DNA from: a virus | IMG/VR virus record: IMGVR_UViG_3300047554_000685 | Span: 15,363 to 79,362 of that record | Length of the DNA: 64,000 nt | Direction: 5' to 3' (one strand) | Shown: positions 19,548 through 29,214 of the stretch, one piece after another | Layout: the number at the start of each line of letters is the position of its first letter | Numbering within the stretch: position 1 is the stretch's first letter | Position numbers and translations under genes: made by a program | Notes under the pieces: model-generated | Told to the model about the DNA's origin: nothing | The model's database searches: none | Seen by the model: only the letters and a program-made list of their open reading frames with translations

Positions 19548-19973
19548 CTAGAACAAGTCTTCGTCTTCTTCTTCGGCAACTTCAAAAGTAAACTCACCAG
19601 TGCCAACTGGCTCATCGTGAGAGTAGCGAACAGCGGTAAGCGTCTTCGCGCCTTCTGTAATCTTGAACCTTAGTGTCCAATCGCCATTGATAGACAACTT
19701 CTCAACAAGCGTCTTCGGTGTCGCGTAAGCGTATCCGCTCAAGCGTTGCCAAGTCATTCCACTTCCGCGAATGATTAGGTTAGTGTCTTCATCGTAGCCA
19801 TTGGCTTCCATCCAAGGCTTGATAACTTCATACCACAAGTTGCTAACTTCATCGTCATAGCAACCCCAACACTCATTGCTAGGCGATGACGTTTCAGTCT
19901 CTTCATCGTAGTCTTCGCAAATACAAGAATTGGTAATCTCGAATGTTTCGAATTCGGTTGATACAGTTTCCAT
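19548..19973 (-). CDS. Hypothetical acidic protein
   Basis: RBS and promoter upstream; CxC and CxxC motifs. Confidence 0.75.
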   Translation of the reverse strand: METVSTEFETFEITNSCICEDYDEETETSSPSNECWGCYDDEVSNLWYEVIKPWMEANGYDEDTNLIIRGSGMTWQRLSGYAYATPKTLVEKLSINGDWTLRFKITEGAKTLTAVRYSHDEPVGTGEFTFEVAEEEDEDLF

Positions 19974-20219
19974 TTTGTTTCCCTTTCTTTATCGCCTTTC
20001 GGCTAATCCAAGTATCCCGCGTTTCTCATAAAAAGTCAAGCAACTTCCAACGAATGTTTTCGAGTTGCGAGCTGCGCGGATCGATCGACCATTGGCCAGG
20101 GCCGGTGCCGCGAGCGCGTTTTTGATCAAAATCCGCGAGCGCGAGCTTTCCGAATCTAGGCGTGATAAAAGGCCAGTTTAGAGACTTAGCCTAGGTCTTT
20201 TTTCGTAGGGAAACGAAAC

Positions 20220-20591
20220 TTAGTGAGAGTGTTCCATTGCTTTCAGAACAACTTCCATAATCTTATCAGTTTGTTCACTAGTGAGAGTTTCAATCTCACC
20301 ATCGTAGTCTTCGCCACCAGTGATTAGAACATTGCCAACGATGAAATCAGTCTGTCCGTATGAGTCTTCCCAAATAGCCGTAGCCAACTCATTTAGCGGA
20401 AGGTCTGAAAACTTACCTTCTTCGTTTAGCCACATTGACAAGCCACTTAGTGAACCTGCCAACGGAACAACCTGAACCCAACCCCCAACGAATGTTTGTA
20501 AAAATTCGAGCGAGATTACTTCGTGAGTTTCGTCCCCAAAAACAAATCCGCCGTCTTCATTGGTGCGAATTGCGAATACCTTTGTAGTCAT
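20220..20591 (-). CDS. DUF3846-like protein
   Basis: LEFLQTFVGGWVQVV...NEEGK...N.LAT...IVGNVLITG. Confidence 0.8.
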   Translation of the reverse strand: MTTKVFAIRTNEDGGFVFGDETHEVISLEFLQTFVGGWVQVVPLAGSLSGLSMWLNEEGKFSDLPLNELATAIWEDSYGQTDFIVGNVLITGGEDYDGEIETLTSEQTDKIMEVVLKAMEHSH

Positions 20592-20804
20592 TTTGTTTCC
20601 CTTTCGTAAGTGCTAGAACCCCTAGCAATTTCTAGTTTAGCGTTTTGCGATAAAAAGTCAAATCAATTTCTTGACATCCATAGACAACCAACAGCTGCGA
20701 GCAATAGTAGTCCTGGCACGATCGAATTTGGATAACCAATAGCGAAACCCATAATAAAAATAAAACCTAACCCAACGGCAAGGCCACGCCAAATAATCGC
20801 AAAC

Positions 20805-21011
20805 TCAGAATTGCGCCTTGACACTTTGCCACCACTTCCAAATCGCGGTTAGAGGCTTGCGCTCTTGACGACGGCGACCGTGGCGACCACCTTTGACATA
20901 CGACTTATGCGCGAGCGTCTGCGTAACGTGAAAAGTCCGAAACGCTACTGAACCAATTGCGCGCCAAAACTTCTCCATAAAACGGTGATACCTAATCACG
21001 ACTAACTCCAC
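20805..21011 (-). CDS. Hypothetical basic protein
   Basis: Last gene of a three-gene cassette. Confidence 0.5.
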   Translation of the reverse strand: MELVVIRYHRFMEKFWRAIGSVAFRTFHVTQTLAHKSYVKGGRHGRRRQERKPLTAIWKWWQSVKAQF

Positions 21012-21226
21012 TTCCGAATTGTAATTGTGCGACCAACGAACTCAACATCCAACGCGATACCAGTTTCATTCACGACTTCAAATTCCATTCCGTCAAAAAT
21101 TGAAAACAATTCTGGCTTTGCGTCATACTCCGCGAGCGCGCCAAACACTTCAAGCGCGGTCTTGCGTGCGTTCATAATTTCTTTGCGCCTTTGGTAGCGA
21201 CTTACGCTTTCGAGATTACTGCCCAT
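21002..21226 (-). CDS. Hypothetical protein
   Basis: Overlapping operon arrangement. Confidence 0.55.
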   Translation of the reverse strand: MGSNLESVSRYQRRKEIMNARKTALEVFGALAEYDAKPELFSIFDGMEFEVVNETGIALDVEFVGRTITIRKWS

Positions 21227-21351
21227 TTTTTTGCCCTTTCTTCTTTACACTCTACACAAATTTGACGGCTAGTGTAGGTGCCAATCCAAGCGACCCTAAT
21301 CGCTTTACCACATTCCCAACAACCAATCCAAATCGTATCTTGCTTTGACAT
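21202..21351 (-). CDS. Small Zn-ribbon protein
   Basis: CWECG...CVEC; start MSKQD after RBS. Confidence 0.65.
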   Translation of the reverse strand: MSKQDTIWIGCWECGKAIRVAWIGTYTSRQICVECKEERAKKWAVISKA

Positions 21352-21534
21352 TTGGTTTCCCCTTTCTAGGTAATTCCAGATTAGCCTAGTTTGTATAATC
21401 GCGCAACAACCAAACTTCCGCGTGTCAAGCTTGACCGCGAGCGCGGATCGACCATCGATCAAAATCAGCTGCGACCGGCCAGGCTAGATAAAGAAAAAGG
21501 GTGACCACCGGCCACCCTATCTCCACGAATCTGA

Positions 21535-21675
21535 TTACTTGAACATTCGTAATTGTTCAGCAAACCAATCGTCAAAATCTCCATCGCAACTTTCACACAA
21601 CGGATGAACTTGACCAACGAATGCTTCAATCTCGGTTTCGCATTTGTAGCAAGTTGTAGTTTCTTTGGTTTCCAT
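21535..21675 (-). CDS. Small Zn-ribbon protein
   Basis: CYKC...LCESC; RBS upstream. Confidence 0.65.
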   Translation of the reverse strand: METKETTTCYKCETEIEAFVGQVHPLCESCDGDFDDWFAEQLRMFK

Positions 21676-21697
21676 CGTTTCCCTTTCCACTTCCATT

Positions 21698-21907
21698 CTA
21701 CAAGCCCAACTGAACTTTTGTGCCGAACTCTGTGATAATTTCATCGAATCCATCTTGCTCAAGAACTTCAGCGAAATCCATTCCCGTATAGTCTTCGATG
21801 CGCTCAATCAAATCGGGCGACAGGTTATCTGTGTCAAGAACATAGACAGGGTGCTCATTGTGATACTGCCACCAATCACCATTTACATTCGCAACATACT
21901 TAGCCAT
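21698..21907 (-). CDS. Hypothetical acidic protein
   Basis: TAATG coupling with upstream gene. Confidence 0.65.
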   Translation of the reverse strand: MAKYVANVNGDWWQYHNEHPVYVLDTDNLSPDLIERIEDYTGMDFAEVLEQDGFDEIITEFGTKVQLGL

Positions 21908-22122
21908 TATGCGCTCCACGCTCCCCAATCCAAATCACTTGCTTCACGCTGTGAATCTGACCAAGCGGTTTCTCCATAGAAATACTTGACCTTGCCACTT
22001 TCTTTGTTTGTCATACGCCAGTAGTCTTCTGCGAATACTGCTGTGCCAGTTGCCAACTCCACGACTTTGCTATCGTAGATAACTTCCCAACTCTTTACTA
22101 ATGAAACGCTAGGCTTTGCCAT
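21907..22122 (-). CDS. Hypothetical protein
   Basis: AAGGAG RBS; KYFYGETAWSD motif. Confidence 0.7.
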   Translation of the reverse strand: MAKPSVSLVKSWEVIYDSKVVELATGTAVFAEDYWRMTNKESGKVKYFYGETAWSDSQREASDLDWGAWSA

Positions 22123-22411
22123 TGTCGTTTCTCCTTTCCCTATGCTCCAAGATTACACTAGTCCTGCGACAAACGCAAACAACTTCGAATGAATCCGCGA
22201 GCGCGTTTCGATCAAAATTAGCTGCGTCAAGCTCCGGTCCGGCCAGGGCAGCTCTGATCGATCACCGCGAGCGCGGCCATAATCCAGACAAAAGAAAAAC
22301 GGTAGCAATTGGGGGGAATTGCTACCGCTCTCTTTGCGAAAGGTGAAAGGGGGATAACTCCTTTCGCTATTCCTTAGGCGAGTAATCTCGAGCCTAAGCA
22401 ACTCTTCTAGT

Positions 22412-22759
22412 TTACACAGAATTGTCTTTCAGCGCAAATTCTGTATTCACTTCACCTTGATACTCGTATTCGCCATTGTCTGCGTTTACGGTAATTGTGT
22501 CATTGTCCACCCAAGCAGAACCTTCTTCGTATCCATAGGCGTCGATACCGAAAGACAACTTACCTTCGTATCCACCGAGCGCGACCGCGAACTCATAGAA
22601 AATCTGCGCGGTGAGATAGTTCACATCGCCGATTCGGTCTGTGCGTGCGAGCACATTGCGAACTGCCACCAAGTTATCTCCACCCGACCAGTGTCCATAA
22701 AGTGTAATCGGCGCTTTGAAATTCTTGCTATTGATTACGATTAGCGACCTGTCTCCCAT
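22412..22759 (-). CDS. Conserved phage protein (MGxRS...LY.HW.G family)
   Basis: TAATG coupling; related to 24724-25248. Confidence 0.7.
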   Translation of the reverse strand: MGDRSLIVINSKNFKAPITLYGHWSGGDNLVAVRNVLARTDRIGDVNYLTAQIFYEFAVALGGYEGKLSFGIDAYGYEEGSAWVDNDTITVNADNGEYEYQGEVNTEFALKDNSV

Positions 22760-22968
22760 TATGCCACCGCCACCCATTTGACAGCGGTGCGTAGCAAGTT
22801 GTCATAATCGCCACTTGTGCTCTCGGCGTAGTATTCGTCAATTTCTTCTTTTGAAACTCCAGCGTCTTTCAGCGCGCTAGCAACACGACCCATAATCGCG
22901 AAAGCATTTCCATCTTCCCCGACCAACTGAACTTGAACATCTGGATACTTCGGCTCTCCAAAACTCAT
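22759..22968 (-). CDS. Conserved phage protein (GEDGNAFAIMG...SGDYDNLL)
   Basis: Recognisable small phage family motif; RBS and promoter. Confidence 0.8.
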   Translation of the reverse strand: MSFGEPKYPDVQVQLVGEDGNAFAIMGRVASALKDAGVSKEEIDEYYAESTSGDYDNLLRTAVKWVAVA

Positions 22969-23127
22969 TTTTCTTTCCCTACTTTCCTAGGCAATTTGCC
23001 TAATACAAAGATACTGTATTTTGCTTTTTAGCGCAACTTCAAACGAACACTAATTTTGTGTCTTGTGATCGATCGACCAGGGCGACTGGTTTCGATCCGC
23101 GAGCGCGGCCGTAGCCGAGCTCACCCC

Positions 23128-23523
23128 CTAGTCTTCGTCTTCTTCGTCTTCGTCTTCGTAGTCATTACAAACACCAGCGCAACCGCGCTCACCACAATCT
23201 TCGCAATCTTCTTCTTCGAATTGCCCGATTAGAGTTTCGAAACCTTCGTTAGCATCCACACCTTCTGGCATAGTAGAGACCGCGCTCACAAAACGTAGCC
23301 CACAACTTTCTTCATACCAGTGCTTGACTTTCTCCAACATCTTGTCCGCGCTCATTGCGTATTTGGTGATAAGACCTTCTGTATCAGTCCCATCCCCATA
23401 GCCATACTCGCGCATAAGCGAGACTTGCTCATCGTCCATAAGCACGTAAATCTTGTGGCAAGTGTCCCAAGCAATCGCCTTGGCGTCTACCAATCGTTCT
23501 TCAACCAAATCAAAGTTTGTCAT
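23128..23523 (-). CDS. Hypothetical acidic protein
   Basis: WDTCHKIY...WYEESCGLRF; RBS and promoter. Confidence 0.75.
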   Translation of the reverse strand: MTNFDLVEERLVDAKAIAWDTCHKIYVLMDDEQVSLMREYGYGDGTDTEGLITKYAMSADKMLEKVKHWYEESCGLRFVSAVSTMPEGVDANEGFETLIGQFEEEDCEDCGERGCAGVCNDYEDEDEEDED

Positions 23524-23832
23524 TTCATTTCCCTTTCTTTTTAGGCTTTTTGCCTACCTAAAAGATACCGCATTTTAGGACAACACGCAACATCCAACGA
23601 ACATTTTTTTTCGTGTCTTGATCGATCGACCAGCTCCCAAGTCATCTAACTTCCAACGAATTAGTTGCGGCTTGTTAGATCTGGATCACCGGTAATCACC
23701 TGGCTAGATCTCCCTGGTCCGGCCCCGGCGATCAGATCAATCTAAGCTGCGTGATCAGCTGCGCCATAGATCTAGATCAGCTCCGGTCCGGGTAAAAAGA
23801 AACCCTGGCCGAAGCCAGGGCTCTTTGTATGA

Positions 23833-23889
23833 CTACCGGTTTGGGCAGTCTCCATGGTCATGGCCACAGCATGGAAAGTCTTCGCACAT
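23833..23889 (-). CDS. 18-aa Cys/His-rich microprotein MCEDFPCCGHDHGDCPNR
   Basis: Only ORF between a TTGACA-N17-TAAGTT promoter with purine-rich RBS and the terminator at 23794-23825. Confidence 0.6.
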   Translation of the reverse strand: MCEDFPCCGHDHGDCPNR

Positions 23890-24206
23890 CTTGCACCCCC
23901 TATCTCCCTTTCTAACTCCAAACTTACCACCCAACCCAAAACGTGTCAAGTCTATTTTGATAACAGATTGATAACACTCGCGAGCTGCTTCGAGCTGCGA
24001 CTGAGCTGCGCCAGCTCCGGTAAAACTTCCAACGAGCTGCGACTAAGCTGCAATGCCAGCTGCTGCGATTCGCTTCATAACTTCTAACGAACAACCACAC
24101 CCATTCGATCCGGCTCCGGTCCAGGCAAGCCCGGCGGATCGACCAACAACCGAGCAAGACGAAACCCCCCAGTCTTTCGACTGAGGGGGCTTGCGACCTC
24201 CCGACC

Positions 24207-24506
24207 CTACTTCTTTTTGAGAGTGTTGAGGGTTAGAACATCAGTGAACTTGACCAGTGCCTCATAAGCCTCTGGATAGGTTGCCTCAAAGTCGTCCCAA
24301 TCGTTGATTGAGCGACGGGTGCTTTCCACGACCTCGGCGATAATCACGCCAGCCTTGTCAGCAATCTCAACAGCAGTGTTGCCAGTCGCTCCAAGAACCG
24401 ACTTGCGAATTACGCTCTCACGAGCAGATAGTTCAGCCTTTGCTTCACGAACCTCAATGAGTTCGTCAATCAGGGCTACAACATCAACGACAACAGCCTT
24501 AGCCAT
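24207..24506 (-). CDS. Hypothetical protein, paralog of 18426-18728
   Basis: Clear amino-acid similarity; start MAKAVV after GAAAGGA. Confidence 0.75.
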   Translation of the reverse strand: MAKAVVVDVVALIDELIEVREAKAELSARESVIRKSVLGATGNTAVEIADKAGVIIAEVVESTRRSINDWDDFEATYPEAYEALVKFTDVLTLNTLKKK

Positions 24507-24723
24507 TTTCGTCCTTTCCCTAGAAATCAAGCCAACCTTGTGTTCGCTTGTAATACCAAGCCTAGTCTGCTACTTTTCGCAAGTCAAGCCCAAACAGCAT
24601 TATTTTTATAACAGGTTTATAACGGAAATTTTTAATCTGATCGATCAGCTGCAACCAGCGATCGCCAGGATCTCGGGCAAAAGAAAACCCCCACATTTCT
24701 GCGGGGGCAATCTTTTGTAGCGA

Positions 24724-25248
24724 CTAGACGCGAGACTCGCTTGAGTTGTAGCAACCCTTCACAAACTCTTCGTTCGTGCTTGGAAAGTTGTAGAGGTCAA
24801 ACTCGGCACAAGGTTCGGCTGACCCAGCGTAAACCTTGAGAGTGTGAACATCAAGGTCAATCACATAAGCCCACTCGCAAAACAAAGTGTCCTGCAAGAA
24901 TGCCATTTCGTTGACCAATGGCACACGCTCGGTTGCGTTGGCGACTAGTTCCAAAATCTCGGCGCAAGTGTCGCGAGAGAGACTTGGATAGGCTTCGCCA
25001 AATGCTTGACCTTGCTCCATAGTCATCCAACCATCTTCGTTCGAATACTTCGAGTAGATAGCCTTGAGTTCGTTTTCATCTGCCCAGTAAGCCTTGTCCA
25101 AGTTTGCTTCGAGTTTCGCAACTCCAGCGTGCTTGACAAATTCATAGACAGTAGTTCCCTGACCTTCAGGGTATCCATCCCATTGGCCATACTGCGCGAT
25201 TACAGGTTCGCCATTTTTGATAACGGCGGTAAGGTTTCGAGTTCCCAT
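24724..25248 (-). CDS. Conserved phage protein (MGTR...QY.QWDGYPEG family)
   Basis: QWDGYP and EWAYVIDLD motifs; RBS before MGTRN. Confidence 0.8.
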   Translation of the reverse strand: MGTRNLTAVIKNGEPVIAQYGQWDGYPEGQGTTVYEFVKHAGVAKLEANLDKAYWADENELKAIYSKYSNEDGWMTMEQGQAFGEAYPSLSRDTCAEILELVANATERVPLVNEMAFLQDTLFCEWAYVIDLDVHTLKVYAGSAEPCAEFDLYNFPSTNEEFVKGCYNSSESRV

Positions 25249-25431
25249 TGTTTCCCTTTCAGTAGCCACCTTGACTACATCTAAATTATTGCATAGACCT
25301 GCGACATTTTGCAACAACCAACCAAGGTTTTTTTCAGCTGCGTCCGGCACGATCGCGAGCTTGATCGATCAGACCTGGCAGAAGAAAACCCCGCGGGCTG
25401 CGAGAGCTGCGGGGTTGACTTCGAACGAATA

Positions 25432-25662
25432 CTAGTTAGGTGAGCCAGTGAACTTTTCCACGAAAGCATTCACCTGCGGGGCAAAGGTAAAAACCAAAGC
25501 CACGACAATTCCAATCAGAACTCCATTCTGAAAAGTTTCGGTAATGGTTTGATTACTCTCGCCACCAGCCAGCAACATCAACAGATAGAAAAAGCACCAA
25601 GCACCAGCCACGAATGGAATTGAGATAATTCCAACGATTGCTCTGCGAATGTAAAACTTCAT
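25432..25662 (-). CDS. Small two-TM membrane protein
   Basis: Hydrophobic; own promoter, RBS and terminator. Confidence 0.7.
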   Translation of the reverse strand: MKFYIRRAIVGIISIPFVAGAWCFFYLLMLLAGGESNQTITETFQNGVLIGIVVALVFTFAPQVNAFVEKFTGSPN

Positions 25663-25854
25663 TTTTCCCTACTTTCCGTAGCAACTTGCTACATAACTAA
25701 TTTACCATCAACTGATAAAAAAGCAAGAACCAACGAAGAAAACTTTCCACGAACTCGAGATCTTCCGGCCTTGGTGATCGATCTAAGCTGCAGCTCTCAA
25801 CCACCGGCCAAAAGAAAACGCCCACTCTCGCGAGTGAGCGTTCCCTGTTTGCGA

Positions 25855-26091
25855 TTACTCGCTTTGGCTTGGCATTTTCTTAGTTGCCAATTCCATTAGG
25901 TAAGCAATGACTTCCATTACTTGACCCAACTTGTCCCAGTCATGGGCTTTGGCAAGTTGCTCGGCATACTCAGACATAACTGCGCTTGCCCTTACCAAAG
26001 GTTCTACTGCGTCAATGATTTCGTTTGACTTGGTTAGCGTTGCGTCAAGTTCTGCCAACGCGGTGTCTAGCGGTGTGTTCATGTTTCCCAT
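25855..26091 (-). CDS. Hypothetical helical protein
   Basis: Own promoter and terminator. Confidence 0.65.
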   Translation of the reverse strand: MGNMNTPLDTALAELDATLTKSNEIIDAVEPLVRASAVMSEYAEQLAKAHDWDKLGQVMEVIAYLMELATKKMPSQSE

Positions 26092-26213
26092 TCTGTTGGA
26101 TACTTTCCAACTAGTTCAAATGTAGCATAGACGACTGACATTTTGCGACAAGTTTGAAAACTTTTTTCGGGCCGGTGATCGCCAGGCGGATCGATCCGGC
26201 GAGCGCCGCGCCC

Positions 26214-26417
26214 CTAGTCTTTTGCTAGACGCTTCGTGTTCAAAAGGTCTAACGCATCTAGATAGTATTTCCTATCGTCATCTTCAATCCACTCGTTTGC
26301 GTCTGTGTCCCAAACTTGCTCATCTTCACTAAACCGCGCCGAATAAGTATCATCTGCGATAAAAACTTCTTTGTCATCTAAATCAACGCCAATGACAAAA
26401 AATACCTGCTTGCTCAA
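26214..26417 (-). CDS. Hypothetical acidic protein
   Basis: TTG start after GAGG, downstream of HicA-like gene. Confidence 0.6.
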   Translation of the reverse strand: MSKQVFFVIGVDLDDKEVFIADDTYSARFSEDEQVWDTDANEWIEDDDRKYYLDALDLLNTKRLAKD

Positions 26418-26418
26418 T

Positions 26419-26625
26419 CTATTTCCTCTCAATCGTGATTCCGTGTCGGCGAAGTTCCGACACTAGGTTTTTGACGGCACGCCCGTCTGACGGCGTAGAC
26501 GCGGAAAAAACTATTTGCCCACTTGGCGAAGTCCACTTCAAGTGTCCACCACCAGTTAGAGTAACGACCCAGCCCTTAGACTCGGCGACCTTGACTATCT
26601 GCTTGAATTCTTTTCTGTTCGACAT
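26419..26625 (-). CDS. HicA-like protein (dsRBD fold)
   Basis: AESKGWVV.LTGGGHLKW.SP.G...TPSD.R; leaderless start 6 nt after TACATT. Confidence 0.75.
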   Translation of the reverse strand: MSNRKEFKQIVKVAESKGWVVTLTGGGHLKWTSPSGQIVFSASTPSDGRAVKNLVSELRRHGITIERK

Positions 26626-26791
26626 ACTTCAAATGTAGCACCACCCACTGACATTTTCAACGACACGCCTAAAACTTTTTTCGAGCTTCGATCCCTGCAG
26701 CTTACCACCGGCACCACCGCGGATCGACCAACGCCTGGAAATAAGTGGCGAGCAGTTTTACAACTTGCTCAGGTTGGGTGTGGCTTCGAGG

Positions 26792-27181
26792 CTAAACGAG
26801 TTCGTCCTCAGGCTCAGCCTCGCGAACCAAGACCGTACGAGTGAAAACCGAAGTTCCCCAAGTCAAGTCATGCCCCATTGAAGTCGCCTCAACCTCAACC
26901 GAGGTTCCCGAACGCTCACCGTTATCCCAATCGCGAACGCGAAGTGTGCCAGTGACGGTGATACGGTCGCCCTTGTTCACCGAGCCAGCGACATTGATAG
27001 CAAGTTGCTTGAACGCGGTAATGGTGAACCAGTTGGTCTCACCGTCTACCCACTTGTTTTGCTCGCGGTCAAACTTGCGGTATGAACTTGCGAGACGGAA
27101 TGAAGTAATCGGCAGGCCGTCCTGAGTTACGAGGTGGCGAGGTGTTGTGGCAACTAGGCCAGTGACAGATACAGTTTCCAT
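26792..27181 (-). CDS. ssb: Single-stranded DNA-binding protein (actinobacterial type, short C-tail)
   Basis: FRLAS..RKFDRE..KWVDGETNWFT...LA.NV..SV.KGD...V.G.LR.R.W. Confidence 0.9.
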   Translation of the reverse strand: METVSVTGLVATTPRHLVTQDGLPITSFRLASSYRKFDREQNKWVDGETNWFTITAFKQLAINVAGSVNKGDRITVTGTLRVRDWDNGERSGTSVEVEATSMGHDLTWGTSVFTRTVLVREAEPEDELV

Positions 27182-27416
27182 TGTTTCCCTTTGATAGTTT
27201 CCAAGTGAACTTTTGTCCACCCTTGGATTTTAGCATAGCGAGCCGACATTACGCAACTTCCCACGAGAGCCTTTTTTCGTTGGAAGTTCCGACGGTAGCC
27301 CCCGCCTGGATCGACCAAACCGCGAGCGCGAAATCCATTGATCCGGTTCAGCTGCAACCACGCCAAACAAGAAACCCCCGCCCGACGGCGAGGGTTCTTG
27401 CTTTTTAGGGAAACGA

Positions 27417-27890
27417 CTACCAACTGGATTGGTATTCGAAATCGTAATCCTTCAGACTTTCCGAAGTCAAAAGGTGGTTCAGCATTTCGGCGGTGTACTT
27501 CACGCCTTCGTAGTACCACTCATCAAGGTCAGTACTTCCGAAGAAGAAACCACTCTGTGGTGGTAGCAACTCATCAGCCTTCGTGGCATCAGCCAATACA
27601 GTCTGGCACGCCTCAAGAAGTTCAGCCAGTTGCTCACGAGATACCCAAGCCTTCTGGCACTCATCACGACCACCCTGAACATTCTGAACAAACCAGTTGT
27701 GAATGGCGTTCGCCTTGCGCCAGTACCCCACGCTAATTTCAATGGTGGCACTTGGGTTGCCATACTCCAAGTCTGACTTGGTCAAGCCACTAGCAGATAG
27801 CACTTCAGCGTACGCCTGCTTCTCTGGCTCTTTGTTGAAATCGTAGCCACTCACATACTTGCGAGCAGATAGATACATATCTAGTCCCAT
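27417..27890 (-). CDS. Conserved phage protein (MGLDMYL...YWRKANAIHNWF)
   Basis: Family motifs including LP.QSGFFFGS and terminal YQSSW. Confidence 0.85.
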   Translation of the reverse strand: MGLDMYLSARKYVSGYDFNKEPEKQAYAEVLSASGLTKSDLEYGNPSATIEISVGYWRKANAIHNWFVQNVQGGRDECQKAWVSREQLAELLEACQTVLADATKADELLPPQSGFFFGSTDLDEWYYEGVKYTAEMLNHLLTSESLKDYDFEYQSSW

Positions 27891-27965
27891 TGGACTTCCC
27901 TTTCCCTACGCCCTACTCTTTTTCAGGCACGCCACCAGTTTACACTAAGTCAGCAAAAATACAAA

Positions 27966-28268
27966 CTATTTGGCGAAAGTTTTTTGACCTAGATCGACCA
28001 GCAGCTCCTCAACAGTATCTGGAATCTGATACCCACCAACCAAGATCCCGGCACGAATAATCATTTCTCCGGTGCTAAGTGATAGAGCTGCGGCCCAGGA
28101 CGATACAACTTCGGAAGAAGCTTCTTTCTGTCCACGCTCAAGCTCACTAAGGTATCCGAGTGCCATCTTCGCACTAGCTGCAACTTGGCGTAGAGTCAAG
28201 CCTTGATCGATCCGTTCCTCGCGAGCAATGTGTCCAAGGGCTTCGCGGTAAAGAATTTCATTTTTCAT
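27966..28268 (-). CDS. ClgR-like XRE HTH transcriptional regulator
   Basis: REALG...R..R..QG.TLR.VA..A..ALGYLSE.ERG.KEASSE; leaderless behind TTGACG-N17-TACGCT. Confidence 0.8.
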   Translation of the reverse strand: MKNEILYREALGHIAREERIDQGLTLRQVAASAKMALGYLSELERGQKEASSEVVSSWAAALSLSTGEMIIRAGILVGGYQIPDTVEELLVDLGQKTFAK

Positions 28269-28354
28269 ACGATCAGCGTAGTGCACGCACGCCTATCCGT
28301 CAAACAAAAAACACCAGCAGCTCTCTCGCTACTGGTGCTTTCTGTCCGTTAGGG

Positions 28355-29212
28355 CTAGGCAACCTCGGTCAAGGTTGGATAGACACGCACGCCGTCTTCT
28401 TCAACCCACGCCACGCTATCCTCACTAATCCGCACGCCGTTTGGTTGTTCGGCATTAGTGAAGTTTTCCAGCACGCCGTTCGCAATCTCCCACGCCGATT
28501 CAGCCGACTTCGCCGTAATCCGAATTACTTGCCGAACTACAACCTCGAACTCCTTTTCGGGACGAGGGCAGTCGTCATACCAATACTCGTCGTCGTCAGG
28601 GTCGCTCGCACAATTACAGGAATCTTCCCTGTCCCTGTCCACATAATCTTGGTGGCTGTCGGGGATGTCCCATTCCTTAGTCATAATCAAGGAACGCTCG
28701 CCCTCCTCGTCGCCGTCCGAAGAAGTGAACTCCGCACCCCAGCCCTGCTCTTCCTCACTCCAAAAGTCGAAGTCCAGCGTTGGGAACTTCCGAACAATCG
28801 CATTGAAGACTGGCTCGGGAATACTCCACGCCGTATTGAACGAATAGCCCAGCGAGGTTTCGCTGTCGTCATTCAAGTCAGCGTCGCAAGCGTCCCACTT
28901 AGTTCCCCACTCACGAACATTCCAGTCATACCAACCATTCGACGAGAACTTCATTGAGTAAGCGAGTTGTTCCTCTGAAGTCATTTTGTCGTAGCCCTCT
29001 GGCTTGTAGTCGCTTGCCCCGAAGTAGAGTGCCTTGTCCTCTGGCTCAACAAAATTCCAGAACGAGAACACCTCCTCCTTGTCGTCGTAAGTTAGCGAAC
29101 CAGTTTGGCTGTCGAATCCAGTTGGTGCTTTTCGTCCTGCCAGTTCCTTGAACTCAGCAATCTTTTCCTTTGAACCTGAAACGCTCAGGGTGTTGTAAAC
29201 CCAGTTTGGCAT
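28355..29212 (-). CDS. DUF1281/YubB ferredoxin-like domain protein
   Basis: MPNWVYN...WYDWNVREWGTKWD...FNTAWS.P. Confidence 0.8.
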   Translation of the reverse strand: MPNWVYNTLSVSGSKEKIAEFKELAGRKAPTGFDSQTGSLTYDDKEEVFSFWNFVEPEDKALYFGASDYKPEGYDKMTSEEQLAYSMKFSSNGWYDWNVREWGTKWDACDADLNDDSETSLGYSFNTAWSIPEPVFNAIVRKFPTLDFDFWSEEEQGWGAEFTSSDGDEEGERSLIMTKEWDIPDSHQDYVDRDREDSCNCASDPDDDEYWYDDCPRPEKEFEVVVRQVIRITAKSAESAWEIANGVLENFTNAEQPNGVRISEDSVAWVEEDGVRVYPTLTEVA

Positions 29213-29214
29213 TT

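Noticed and set aside
26214-26625. Complete HicAB toxin-antitoxin pair
   Set aside because: The downstream acidic ORF shows no HicB features I can recognise; solo HicA-like genes are common in actinophages.
17360-27340. CRISPR array or integron attC sites from the recurring CGCGAGCGCG/TCGATCAAAA words
   Set aside because: Repeats are only 10-11 bp, irregularly spaced and separated by whole genes; no cas or integrase gene, and no consistent attC-like core sites were apparent.
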